DNA from: a virus
DNA length: 64,000 bases
IMG/VR virus record: IMGVR_UViG_3300045988_105285
Span: 32,001-96,000 of that record
Reading direction: 5' to 3' (one strand)
In this document: positions 16,484-25,189 of the stretch, piece after piece
Position numbering within the stretch: the first letter of the stretch is position 1
Layout: each line of letters starts with the position of its first letter
The notes under the pieces: generated by a model
Told to the model about the DNA's origin: nothing
Databases searched by the model: none
The model's input: only the letters and a program-made list of their open reading frames with translations
Position numbers and translations under genes: made by a program

Positions 16484-16888
16484 TTACTTTTCAGCTTCAT
16501 TGTACTCATAATCCCAGAGGAACAACTTGCCTTTGACGTTTCTAATCGGCTCATCGAACAATTTAGCATTCTTCAAGAACCAGTGATACTGAAAATCTTC
16601 AGCAAACGCATCCGGATAAGCCTCATGGAATTGAATATCATCCAACTCTACGCTGCCGATAATGGATGACGTTGGCAAGTCTTTGAAGTCTGGAATAACA
16701 ATACCATGCTCTTGGCAATATTTCTTCATTGCGCTCTCCTGCCATCCGTCAAGTTTTTCGGGTTTGGCTTGGCTTGCATGAATAAGGAAACGACCACGGA
16801 ACTTTCTATTCCAGGTTCTGTTTTCAATGGTCTTGCAGCCGATAGCGATTAACCAAGCATACGGCTGGCGAATAGATAATACTTTCAT
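16484..16888 (-). CDS. ASCH domain protein
   Basis: VLSIRQPYAWLIAIGCKTIENRTW..RGRFLIHAS matches the ASCH N-terminal signature. Confidence 0.75.
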   Translation of the reverse strand: MKVLSIRQPYAWLIAIGCKTIENRTWNRKFRGRFLIHASQAKPEKLDGWQESAMKKYCQEHGIVIPDFKDLPTSSIIGSVELDDIQFHEAYPDAFAEDFQYHWFLKNAKLFDEPIRNVKGKLFLWDYEYNEAEK

Positions 16889-16907
16889 AAGCTCATTGTT
16901 TTGTTGT

Positions 16908-17129
16908 TTACATTCGCAAAGGTAATAAAAACCTTCGAGAAATGCAAGAAAACTCTAATTTATTTTCATCTTTTCTAAAAATAATCTTGAAATAATTTGC
17001 ATTCTCAGATATTTCAACACACTTTTGCTTGATGTATTCAGATAAATAACCATCAAGTATGTTTCTTCTGTACTTAAGGCGGTAAGAGGTTAGATCCTCT
17101 TCCGTCTTTTCTTTGAGATTCTGTCCCAA
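16908..17129 (-). CDS. hypothetical protein (73 aa), doubtful
   Basis: Overlaps the upstream gene by 40 nt, and its 3' end overlaps promoter box 16917..16924. Confidence 0.3.
   Translation of the reverse strand: MGQNLKEKTEEDLTSYRLKYRRNILDGYLSEYIKQKCVEISENANYFKIIFRKDENKLEFSCISRRFLLPLRM
16917..16924 (-). promoter_or_regulatory. -7 box (TACCTTTG) upstream of the ASCH gene
   Basis: Plus strand reads caaaggta, 29 nt upstream of the ATG at 16888. Confidence 0.45.
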
Positions 17130-17404
17130 TCCGGTTTTAGCACATCCATCGTGCCGACCATCGCCTTGTACTTGTCTCCAAGTTCGCCCTCGTTCATAGA
17201 GGAACGGAAAGTGTACATCTTGTATCGTTCATGCTCAGGAACATATAATCCCACCATCAAGGAACGGACTCCATCCACCTCCTGCTCCGGCGCTATCAAT
17301 ACAAGCCCCCCGTTCATGCTTTCCAACTTGAAAATCTTTGAGGTGACAACCTCATAATAGTCTAGTATATTCATATTCTTGTCTCCTATAATTAGTTTGT
17401 ACAT
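17090..17404 (-). CDS. hypothetical protein (104 aa)
   Basis: ORF track entry. An alternative start is MNILDYY. Confidence 0.5.
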   Translation of the reverse strand: MYKLIIGDKNMNILDYYEVVTSKIFKLESMNGGLVLIAPEQEVDGVRSLMVGLYVPEHERYKMYTFRSSMNEGELGDKYKAMVGTMDVLKPDWDRISKKRRKRI

Positions 17405-17640
17405 TCAAGCACTTCAATATACTGGATAGAGCTACAATCAATATATTTACGTGTAAACACTACTGTACTTCCGCTCCCAATCATAAGTGTTCTGTTCTTT
17501 GTATTGCAATTGAAAGAGGTTTCACCACCAACACTATTGAAGTCGAAACTTATCTTTGCTCCACCTACCAAGTTGATATTTCCTCTAAGACCTTTATTCT
17601 CGGCTTCGCCCAATATCACATTCACATGACCAGCATCCAT
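17392..17640 (-). CDS. hypothetical protein (82 aa)
   Basis: Same length as the neighbour 17660..17908, with a weakly similar C-terminus (YID.SSI). Confidence 0.5.
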   Translation of the reverse strand: MDAGHVNVILGEAENKGLRGNINLVGGAKISFDFNSVGGETSFNCNTKNRTLMIGSGSTVVFTRKYIDCSSIQYIEVLECTN

Positions 17641-17659
17641 ATTCTTATCTAATCAATTA

Positions 17660-17908
17660 TTATAAACCTTCTTTGCTAAATATGCGAATGATGGAATCGC
17701 TATCAATGTAGTCTCTACTTCCATCCGTATCAATTATTGTCACAAGATGTCTCTCCTCGTCTAAGATAATATCATCTGTAGCAGTAAACGTCTTTATATG
17801 CTTACTAAAGTTTACATGAGATACCTGCCCATTTACAAGTGTAATTGTCGCAAGGTGACCACACACCTTCGCATCTTCTAAAATATTTTTAATAACATCA
17901 ATCTTCAT
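17660..17908 (-). CDS. hypothetical protein (82 aa)
   Basis: ORF track entry in operon context. Confidence 0.5.
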   Translation of the reverse strand: MKIDVIKNILEDAKVCGHLATITLVNGQVSHVNFSKHIKTFTATDDIILDEERHLVTIIDTDGSRDYIDSDSIIRIFSKEGL

Positions 17909-17915
17909 AGCTTTA

Positions 17916-18173
17916 TTATTTTAATTCTTGTTCCACGATGTCGAAATTATCCCACGTTTCTCCTTCGCTGTCTGAGATATGGAAGAAAGAATCTGAGATA
18001 TTGCATAGAGAATCATCGCAATTCAAAACTCGCTTGTAATTCTCCAAAGTGTTCATCCCTTTGTGTCTTATCGCTTTTCTTGCCTTATCTATGGTAGAGA
18101 AGACTTCTGCGTCAACCTCCACTGCTTCACCCAATCCATGTTGGTATGAAGAAATTACTACATATAGTTTCAT
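17916..18173 (-). CDS. hypothetical protein (85 aa)
   Basis: ORF track entry in operon context. Confidence 0.5.
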   Translation of the reverse strand: MKLYVVISSYQHGLGEAVEVDAEVFSTIDKARKAIRHKGMNTLENYKRVLNCDDSLCNISDSFFHISDSEGETWDNFDIVEQELK

Positions 18174-18193
18174 AGCTTAAACCTCCTTATTCC

Positions 18194-18502
18194 TTACGCT
18201 GCCTTAGATAACGTTTCTTTGTCAATCTCAATCCACTGAGCACCATCCTTACGGAAGAAGATTTCACTCTTGATATGCTCACCATCCACATCAATACTAT
18301 TACCCTTGCAGACAAAGGTGTGGTTCTTTGTCAAAGGTACAAGAAGGTACGTTTTGCCCTCTCTCTTGCGTTCTACAAGCGTTTTATCAGTACCTAGGAT
18401 AATAGATACCCTTTCGTCCTTATCGTCCTTTAGAACGCCTATTTTGTCTGTATGCTCGATATAGAGCACATTCAGAAAATTCTCATCCATTTTCTTTTGC
18501 AT
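18194..18502 (-). CDS. hypothetical protein, paralog of 3732..4031 and 48335..48679
   Basis: Contains LYIEHTDKIGVL...TYLLVPLTKNHTFVC....VDGEHIKSEIFFRKDGAQWIE. Confidence 0.6.
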   Translation of the reverse strand: MQKKMDENFLNVLYIEHTDKIGVLKDDKDERVSIILGTDKTLVERKREGKTYLLVPLTKNHTFVCKGNSIDVDGEHIKSEIFFRKDGAQWIEIDKETLSKAA

Positions 18503-18806
18503 TAATCATTATGTTATACTTCTTCTTGTTAACACCTCGTTTAACGGCTTCAGAGAGCAAAGTCAAAGCTAATGCTTCATCCTTGACTTTCAAAGCCTTC
18601 AAGGTATCTCTTTTGACGTAGCGGCTCTCATCGACCTCACACAATGGTACGTAGCCTTTGTGCTTGAAATTTCTTCGACCAATCGCCCAAATCTCATAGC
18701 CATCCGGAAACTCGTTTGTTGTCTCGAATACATAATTGCCATCATTAAACTTTTCCATAATCAATTGTATTAAGTTCTTTACCTTATCTTTTCTTACTCC
18801 TCCCAT
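18483..18806 (-). CDS. hypothetical protein (107 aa)
   Basis: ORF track entry in operon context. Confidence 0.5.
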   Translation of the reverse strand: MGGVRKDKVKNLIQLIMEKFNDGNYVFETTNEFPDGYEIWAIGRRNFKHKGYVPLCEVDESRYVKRDTLKALKVKDEALALTLLSEAVKRGVNKKKYNIMINAKENG

Positions 18807-19042
18807 CGGAAAGCGTTAGGGTCTTTTACGACCTTCTTACTGGCTTCGTCCCACATATAACCATCCGTAAACCATTTAGGGGCTTTACCATTGATTACTC
18901 GTTTTGCATCGGCTATGCTAGCATAGTCCGGTTCAGCAATATTATCAATGCGAACGGATACCTGACCAAATACGTCCTCCACCTTAGTAATATGATGCCC
19001 TTTGTAGAACACTTCTTTCAAACACTTAGCGATTGTCTCCAT
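18794..19042 (-). CDS. hypothetical protein (82 aa)
   Basis: ORF track entry in operon context. Confidence 0.5.
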   Translation of the reverse strand: METIAKCLKEVFYKGHHITKVEDVFGQVSVRIDNIAEPDYASIADAKRVINGKAPKWFTDGYMWDEASKKVVKDPNAFRWEE

Positions 19043-19136
19043 ATCTCAAATACTTTAAAAGTCCTTAACTAAAGGGGTGATTAAAGGCTCACCCCTATTA
19101 AAGCCTCGCCAAACACCTTAGAACGTGTATATATCT

Positions 19137-19475
19137 TTATGCAACTCGCAAGAAGTTGTAAGCCTTGAATTGTCTCCATGCGCCCTTTGCTTCATCCCAA
19201 TAGCGGATGCAATCTCTTGATGCTGCATGACCAGTACCATTTGGAGTGTAGTCAATGTGGCTCTGAAGGAGAGTACCAAAGGCTTGTCTTACCTCACCAT
19301 TCATCTTCATAAAGAAGAACTCTACCACCTTGGTCTTCATCGCTGTCTCAAGCTTTACGACCTGCCAAGCCTGTTTCAAGCACTCAACCCAAGACATTGA
19401 ACTTGATTTCAACTGATAGGCTCTATGTGCCAACTGCATTACCTTTCTCATCTTGTTCTTAATTGAAGTTGTCAT
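19137..19475 (-). CDS. hypothetical protein, paralog of 4426..4761
   Basis: Full-length similarity to 4426..4761. The same variant leader hairpin lies directly upstream. Confidence 0.65.
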   Translation of the reverse strand: MTTSIKNKMRKVMQLAHRAYQLKSSSMSWVECLKQAWQVVKLETAMKTKVVEFFFMKMNGEVRQAFGTLLQSHIDYTPNGTGHAASRDCIRYWDEAKGAWRQFKAYNFLRVA

Positions 19476-19484
19476 ATCCTCAAA

Positions 19485-19507
19485 CCGTTTTACGAGTGCC
19501 GACTCGG
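19485..19507 (-). promoter_or_regulatory. variant leader hairpin (identical to 4988..5010)
   Basis: Plus strand reads ccgttttacgagtgccgactcgg. Confidence 0.5.
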
Positions 19508-19563
19508 CTGCATAACAGCAATTAATAGTTAAACTTTAAAGCCTTTATCTCTTAAAGACACTG

Positions 19564-19571
19564 CAAAGATA
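19564..19571 (-). promoter_or_regulatory. -7 box (TATCTTTG), leftward promoter of switch region 2
   Basis: Plus strand reads caaagata. Confidence 0.5.
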
Positions 19572-19698
19572 CGGTATTATCTTATATCTCCCAAATGTTT
19601 TTGCCTAAAACTTACGATTTAATCTAATATTTAACGCTTATTTATAATAAGAGGTCGTATTTTTACAAAATTTAATACATTTATATCGTATAATTGCG

Positions 19699-19706
19699 TA
19701 TCTTTG
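19699..19706 (+). promoter_or_regulatory. -7 box (TATCTTTG), rightward promoter of switch region 2
   Basis: gcgtatctttgca lies 29 nt upstream of the ATG at 19735. Confidence 0.5.
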
Positions 19707-19734
19707 CACTCAAAAACATTAGATAGTATCGTAT

Positions 19735-20058
19735 ATGAATTACAAGAAAAGCAATGTGCCTCTATATATTAAAGAGGTAATGAAAGAAAAAGGCATCATG
19801 TCAAAGACCTTACAAGAGGCTCTTGGTATGGCTCAAACATCGGTATCATACATTATTAATAATAAAGCGAACCCATCGTTTGATACATTGGTACGTATTG
19901 CCGAAATCCTAGATGTGCCAATTTGGAGGCTATTCTACAAGGAGACACCAAAGGAGCTACAACCAGAGCAGCCATCCATTCCACAATCTCCGGCTATCAT
20001 CTGCCCTTATTGCGGCGAGCCTATCGAGCTGGAGATTAATGTAAAGGAGGGGAAATGA
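19735..20058 (+). CDS. XRE-family HTH regulator with a C-terminal Cys motif
   Basis: IMSKTLQEALGMAQTSVSYIINNKANPSFDTLVRIAEILDVPIWRLF, plus CPYCGEPIE at the C-terminus. Confidence 0.7.
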   Translation: MNYKKSNVPLYIKEVMKEKGIMSKTLQEALGMAQTSVSYIINNKANPSFDTLVRIAEILDVPIWRLFYKETPKELQPEQPSIPQSPAIICPYCGEPIELEINVKEGK

Positions 20059-20079
20059 TATTCCTCTCCTTTAACTCTT

Positions 20080-20856
20080 CTATTCTTTCTCCTTCAAAAA
20101 GCCTATACCTGCATAAACATTACCCAACTTATACCAAGACTGGTCTAAAGTCATAACATAACTACTGAAGGATTCTTCCTCAATATCAAGGGTGAAGTCT
20201 TCATCTACATCAGGCTCTCCGTGTCTTACATATCCCTTATTCGGGGTGTATAGCAATCTATGATATGAGCCGCTCTCGCAAATATAAAGTCCGCTATTAC
20301 GCCAATCGGAACTCCAAAATTCCGGTTTATTCACGTAACAAAGCATTACATCACCATCGTATATAGGAATACTATGACTTCGCTCATCCTTTTCTCCAAC
20401 AAACTTTTCGCTGCCAACATTGTCAGACTGACGGATAACAGATACGATGGAGTAACCATTTCCAATAAAGTCCGCTATATCAACATATGTTCTTTGCTCT
20501 CTAAGGTCAAATTCCAGTTGGCTTCTCACGCCATCTTTCTCAAAGATTACAAGTATTCTTGTGTACTTATCACCAAAATTGACCATACTTAGAATCAAGC
20601 CGTTATTCATGTAAGACGCATAAGCTTCTTTGGCTAGTGTTAATACACGCTCTAGATATTCCAATGGCTTGTATCTAACTAACCAAGACTGACCTTTCTG
20701 CATCTTTTGCAAGTACGAATACATGTTCATCGCCTCGCATTCATCTATTCCATGCTTCTTGCAGACCAACTTGAACTTATCCGGATAAACACTAGTTACA
20801 AGTCTATCCAATTCATCCATAGCTTGCATGGCTTTCAAATAATCATTTGCTTCCAT
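20080..20856 (-). CDS. hypothetical protein (258 aa)
   Basis: The ORF track start at 20880 is a TTG. The likely ATG start is MEANDYL at 20856. Confidence 0.55.
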   Translation of the reverse strand: MEANDYLKAMQAMDELDRLVTSVYPDKFKLVCKKHGIDECEAMNMYSYLQKMQKGQSWLVRYKPLEYLERVLTLAKEAYASYMNNGLILSMVNFGDKYTRILVIFEKDGVRSQLEFDLREQRTYVDIADFIGNGYSIVSVIRQSDNVGSEKFVGEKDERSHSIPIYDGDVMLCYVNKPEFWSSDWRNSGLYICESGSYHRLLYTPNKGYVRHGEPDVDEDFTLDIEEESFSSYVMTLDQSWYKLGNVYAGIGFLKEKE

Positions 20857-20860
20857 TTTA

Positions 20861-21037
20861 CTAATCTTTAAGTTTCTCAATTATATAACCACGACCTGTA
20901 TAGGTACAAGACAAGCCGATATACACTAGCTGATGTAAAAGCCACAATTCTTCAGTGAATGGCAATCTATCACACTTCACAAACTCATCTTCATCCTCAA
21001 AATCAGATGCCTTTTCCAATATTTCTTCCTTTGTCAT
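20861..21037 (-). CDS. hypothetical small protein (58 aa)
   Basis: Read manually: MTKEEILEKASDFEDEDEF... It falls below the ORF-track length cut-off. Confidence 0.4.
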   Translation of the reverse strand: MTKEEILEKASDFEDEDEFVKCDRLPFTEELWLLHQLVYIGLSCTYTGRGYIIEKLKD

Positions 21038-21209
21038 TATCTTTAAATTCGTGCCCGAAAGCTGTTAAATATCCGTATCTTTTATTTTTTGTAATGTGTC
21101 AAATATCACATCTGCAATCTCAAACCTGCCGACATTTGGATTCTGTGGGACACTATAACACAGAGCTTTTAAAAGCTCAAAACATTGATTCTCATATAAT
21201 ATCATACGC

Positions 21210-21383
21210 TTACTTCTTTTGATTAAAATACTTTTCCAACTCTCGAAGAATGAACAGCCCTCCTATCTTGAAAGACTGCTCTATCACCCCTCGATGTTCC
21301 TTAAATACGTTTTGACTTCTTGCAAACCGAAACGCTTCATTCTCTAGCATAAGCACAAACTTATTAAATTCTGCATCGGTCAT
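21210..21383 (-). CDS. hypothetical small protein (57 aa)
   Basis: Read manually: MTDAEFNKFVLMLENEAF... It has an ATGA overlap with the upstream stop. Confidence 0.4.
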   Translation of the reverse strand: MTDAEFNKFVLMLENEAFRFARSQNVFKEHRGVIEQSFKIGGLFILRELEKYFNQKK

Positions 21384-21748
21384 TTGCCATCACCTCCTTC
21401 CTTTGGAAGTAAGTCTTCAGCATAAAGCCATTGAGTAATTTGCATACATCTAACTAGTATTTTCCAACTACAATCTATGTATTCTGTTCCAAATCCATTA
21501 TTGTTAGTGGTTTTAAATATGATGTAACTATGACTCTTCGGCTCTTCGCTAGCAGGATGCCATAAATTCTTAAGAAATTCTTCTTGCATCCACTTAGCAC
21601 CTAGTCCAATAGCTTCTTTGATGTCCTCTTTGTCGAACATTTCCATTTTATCTTCATCTTCGAAGGCTTCTACCATTTCACCGCAGCCAAGGAATTTATC
21701 CTCGTAGATTTCTTCCTTTGCAGTTTCTATTTTCTTATCGTCTATCAT
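21380..21748 (-). CDS. hypothetical protein (122 aa)
   Basis: The likely start is MIDDKKIETAKEE at 21748, preceded by GGAGG. Its first 22 nt are 21/22 identical to the start of 23148..23573. Confidence 0.55.
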   Translation of the reverse strand: MIDDKKIETAKEEIYEDKFLGCGEMVEAFEDEDKMEMFDKEDIKEAIGLGAKWMQEEFLKNLWHPASEEPKSHSYIIFKTTNNNGFGTEYIDCSWKILVRCMQITQWLYAEDLLPKEGGDGK

Positions 21749-21861
21749 ATTTTTAAGTTTTATAATGACCTCCACGACCAGTATTGTGCTGGGGCTAAGA
21801 AGGTATATGGGCATAAAGCCTTAACTTACTTTCGCTCATTCTGTGTCGTGGAAGTTATATT

Positions 21862-22902
21862 TTATTTAGATTTTTTTGTACCTAAAAGATGCTCGTTGCC
21901 TTTATAAGGAATACACTCTGCGTATATTTCGCCTCCTACTGCATGATAGAAGTCACGTTGTTCACCACTTGATGATACACGATGTTCTGTATAAGCATAT
22001 TGGCACAATTCCCACCCTCTATTGTTGTATTTCCCTATGTATTTCATCAAACACAAGTCCATAGGCTTAAACTCATACTTGGGCTTCAAATCAACAATCT
22101 GTTTCTTCTCAGCATCCCATCGTTTGCCTTCCTTGGCTAAAGCGTCAAAGAGCTGCTGCTTCTCTTCTTCTGTGGCAAGGCGAAGTTCACAAAGGTTTTT
22201 CTTAAAGAAACAAGTTCTGTAACCCATACTCAAAGTTAAACCTCTTAAATCTAAAGAAATAAATGAGCTATAACCTTCATATAAATCAGTTTTGTCTGAT
22301 ACTATAAATACATCTTGTCTATTACCATAATCGGCAAAAGCTATATCTCCATCCTTGAACTCTGGCTGAGCCTTCTCAATCTCCAAGGTCTCACGATTGA
22401 GTTTACCACCCAATTTTTCCTCGATGGTTTTGATGTAGGTCTGAACAGCATCACCTTCTTCAATATCGAAGTCTTGTGTCATAGCAAGATTACGTGTATG
22501 AGTATAACTATATCCAGCCCTAGTTGCTTGATAGTACAGCTTACCTGTGAAAGTTGTATATGTATCATCGTTAAACTTTTCAAAGATAATATGTGAGTTA
22601 ACATCTTTACAAACCAATACATCGCCTTTCTTCCACGAGAACTTAGACCAGTCTGCCATTTCCTTAGAAGGTTGCAATACACATTGACCTGCTCTAAAGA
22701 ATTTGCCATCGTACCAAAATCTATGTTGGTTACTTGAATTGAGTTCTTTAACCACAATAGATTTCTTTTTACGTACATCAAGAACTTCTTTAAGCTCTAC
22801 TGCTCCACATATTCGGGAATACAACTTAACTCCTTGTGGCTTATCCTTAAGGGTTGCCACTACATTAATTTCAGTTTCCATGTCTAACTTTTTTATATTC
22901 AT
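21862..22902 (-). CDS. hypothetical protein (346 aa)
   Basis: Long clean ORF. No motif recognised. Confidence 0.6.
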   Translation of the reverse strand: MNIKKLDMETEINVVATLKDKPQGVKLYSRICGAVELKEVLDVRKKKSIVVKELNSSNQHRFWYDGKFFRAGQCVLQPSKEMADWSKFSWKKGDVLVCKDVNSHIIFEKFNDDTYTTFTGKLYYQATRAGYSYTHTRNLAMTQDFDIEEGDAVQTYIKTIEEKLGGKLNRETLEIEKAQPEFKDGDIAFADYGNRQDVFIVSDKTDLYEGYSSFISLDLRGLTLSMGYRTCFFKKNLCELRLATEEEKQQLFDALAKEGKRWDAEKKQIVDLKPKYEFKPMDLCLMKYIGKYNNRGWELCQYAYTEHRVSSSGEQRDFYHAVGGEIYAECIPYKGNEHLLGTKKSK

Positions 22903-23142
22903 TTATTCTTCGCTAAAATATTTCTTAACAAACGCTCGTTCGGTGAGCCATTTCCCTAACCCCACTCTAAAGTAACGCTTTGGTTTACCTTTCGCAAATC
23001 CATATTCGTCACGTGGTGTATTAACACTCATGTGTATCTTCGGAACAGTATTCACCGATACGTATGCGGTTATGTATTCATCCGAGAAAGCCCAATGCTG
23101 GACTTCACGGAACTCTACACTCTTAAAGAACATTTCCTTCAT
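22903..23142 (-). CDS. hypothetical protein (79 aa)
   Basis: Directly abuts the start of the downstream ORF at 22902. Confidence 0.5.
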   Translation of the reverse strand: MKEMFFKSVEFREVQHWAFSDEYITAYVSVNTVPKIHMSVNTPRDEYGFAKGKPKRYFRVGLGKWLTERAFVKKYFSEE

Positions 23143-23147
23143 AAGCC

Positions 23148-23573
23148 TTAGTCCTTATAGATTGCATCAAGAATGCTTCTGAAATTCGGATTATCAATAA
23201 CGGCTTGGGCATCTTCTTTGTTCTTGAAGTAAATTGCACCTTCGTTATAATTACCACAAGAAGTAATACCATATTCGTTGGTTCGCATGATATTATGCTT
23301 ATATTCTTGAGAATTCCAGTCCGGTTTCCAATCTCCATTATAGTACTTAGCTATAGTCATTAACCTAGCTAATGCGATTATCTTTCCAGCAATCATTTCA
23401 GGAACTTTTATATCGGCAGGACAAACACCTTTACCAGCTAAAGCAGATAAAACATCCGCATAGCTGATTTCCTTCTTTCTAAGCTTAATAACACCAGCTT
23501 TTAAATCACAATTCTCAATGTCCACTTCCATTCCTTTAGGAATATCTAGGACTATTTTGTTATCGTCTATCAT
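23148..23573 (-). CDS. hypothetical protein (141 aa)
   Basis: The ATG lies 7 nt after the iscB stop codon. Confidence 0.55.
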   Translation of the reverse strand: MIDDNKIVLDIPKGMEVDIENCDLKAGVIKLRKKEISYADVLSALAGKGVCPADIKVPEMIAGKIIALARLMTIAKYYNGDWKPDWNSQEYKHNIMRTNEYGITSCGNYNEGAIYFKNKEDAQAVIDNPNFRSILDAIYKD

Positions 23574-23580
23574 AACTTAT

Positions 23581-24828
23581 TCAACTTTCGGAAGTCCTTT
23601 CTTCCATTAAAATGTTATTTCTAATTCTTTTCAAAAACTTTATCGTTTTGGCACTCACAGCTTGCGTTTCATGCACCTTTACACCATCAATTTTACGCAA
23701 AACAACATTACCATGCGTACTACCAAAGATAAAACACTCCTTGCCTTTCCACCGCACCATGTCGAAACGCTGAAAGCGAGACTTGCCTATCTTGTGCGAA
23801 GCGATGCAAGACCTACGAATACCACCTTTCTTCGGGTTCGCAACGTGCAATGCTCTCGTATGGCGAGGTACACAACGACACATAAAGAAAGTTCTCGACC
23901 GCCTTGCGTGTACGTTCTTGGCAATACAGAAAGCATCGGCTGCATGAGTTTTCTCAATATCATTCTCTATGCGAGTGTGCTTGGTAATGTAACCATAGGT
24001 TAAGTACACATTTCCAAACTCAGCCTTGGCTCGTTCATACACCGACCAACGCATAATGTTCATCACCGCCGCATCACGCAAAGTTGTACCACGCTTGATT
24101 TTCAAATCGAACTCACCACGATGGTAAGCCTTGTGGCAGGTCTCGCACAAAACAACCAAGTTGGATGGGGAATTGCCACCAACCTTGCGGCTCTCCAAAT
24201 GGTGAACATTCAAGATAGGGTCTTTGCTCTTGCCCTTGCAATGAACACACTTATGTCCATCCCTTGCCAAGACGTACTCCCTCACGTTCCAAAAGCCCAT
24301 TTGCTCACCCTGCTGATACTCTTCGCCCTTGATGTCGGAATTCTTGATTTTCTGAGCATCAAACTGAGCAACCTCGATTGTGGTCTTCGTAATTGGAAGT
24401 AACTTATGAACCAAGCGGATAACCTTTAAGTGGCTCTCTACCTTTTGCTCAATACTGGGTGCTAGCCAACCATCCTTTCGTTTGCGGTTGTCAAAACGAA
24501 CCTTGCGGTAACGTGTCTTGCGGTTTCGTCTTGTCCGTCTCAACTCCCTGCGAGTAGAAAGCAAGTTCACAACATCACTTCTTAACTCGACCTGCGCTGC
24601 AAGCAGCTCCTTCTTCTCGGAACTAGCCGAAACGCCAATGTGCTTTGAGCCAGCATCAATGCCAAGGCTCACTTCCTGTGTGTAGATGGTGCTCTCATAA
24701 TCCAACTGAACGACAAACGGAACACGGCTGACTACATGAGCCTTGCCATGGCGAAGAAGATAGCCTATCCTCCCTTCACGCTCAGTCGGCATCAATGCCT
24801 TACCTTCCTTGTTCCTTACGTAAATCAT
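23581..24828 (-). CDS. iscB: IscB RNA-guided endonuclease (OMEGA effector; PLMP + split RuvC + bridge helix + HNH)
   Basis: Motifs in order: KALMPT; LGIDAGSKHIGVS; RRELRRTRRNRKTRYRKVRFDNRKRK; TIEVAQFD; CVHCKG..LNVHHLESRKVGGNSPSNLVVLCETCH; THAADAFCIA; then a C-terminal beta-rich domain. The ORF-track start at 24837 is a TTG; the ATG is at 24828. Confidence 0.88.
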   Translation of the reverse strand: MIYVRNKEGKALMPTEREGRIGYLLRHGKAHVVSRVPFVVQLDYESTIYTQEVSLGIDAGSKHIGVSASSEKKELLAAQVELRSDVVNLLSTRRELRRTRRNRKTRYRKVRFDNRKRKDGWLAPSIEQKVESHLKVIRLVHKLLPITKTTIEVAQFDAQKIKNSDIKGEEYQQGEQMGFWNVREYVLARDGHKCVHCKGKSKDPILNVHHLESRKVGGNSPSNLVVLCETCHKAYHRGEFDLKIKRGTTLRDAAVMNIMRWSVYERAKAEFGNVYLTYGYITKHTRIENDIEKTHAADAFCIAKNVHARRSRTFFMCRCVPRHTRALHVANPKKGGIRRSCIASHKIGKSRFQRFDMVRWKGKECFIFGSTHGNVVLRKIDGVKVHETQAVSAKTIKFLKRIRNNILMEERTSES

Positions 24829-24844
24829 AAAAATCAATTTAAAT

Positions 24845-25155
24845 TAATAAATAAATCTCACCTCGAAAGGTGGTTGTGCGCCCATCGCCAATGTTATGGG
24901 GTGGTTTCTTGTCCGCAGCACCGCAGCTTTCGCCACTTTTAACCACGAACCGCAGAGGACAGAACTTGGACGGACATCCTGACGTGCCTATGCATTCACC
25001 CCTAACGTAGCTCCCTAATTCCATTCGGGGCTGAGGCTAATCCGCTCCGGACGATTGAATGGATAATCGCTGTAGCCTAATCAAAGGCTTCCGGAACTTG
25101 AATCAGGTAATTTGGCACGTATCATTCTTGTGTTCTCCGCATCAATATAGACGTT
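24845..25155 (-). ncRNA. candidate omega-RNA of IscB
   Basis: About 310 nt with no credible ORF and visibly GC-richer. Stems: TCCGGA(25090-95)/TCCGGA(25046-51) enclosing AGCC..GGCT and CGATT..AATCG hairpins; GTGGTT/AACCAC (24901-06/24941-46); CCCAT/ATGGG; and a terminal CACCU-UUCG-AGGUG hairpin (24859-72) followed by a U-rich tail. Confidence 0.6.
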
Positions 25156-25164
25156 TTTGTATTC

Positions 25165-25172
25165 CAAATCTA
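25165..25172 (-). promoter_or_regulatory. -7 box (TAGATTTG), candidate promoter for the omega-RNA/iscB transcript
   Basis: Plus strand caaatcta is the reverse complement of TAnnTTTG. It lies just downstream of the stop of ORF 25190..25459. Confidence 0.4.
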
Positions 25173-25189
25173 CGCCTAAAATTTCCTGA

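Noticed and set aside
24736-25024. ORFs 24736..24942 (+) and 24839..25024 (-) upstream of iscB.
   Set aside because: They fall in the structured, GC-rich candidate omega-RNA. They have no start context and their translations are Cys/Gly/Pro-rich nonsense. An RNA gene explains the region better.
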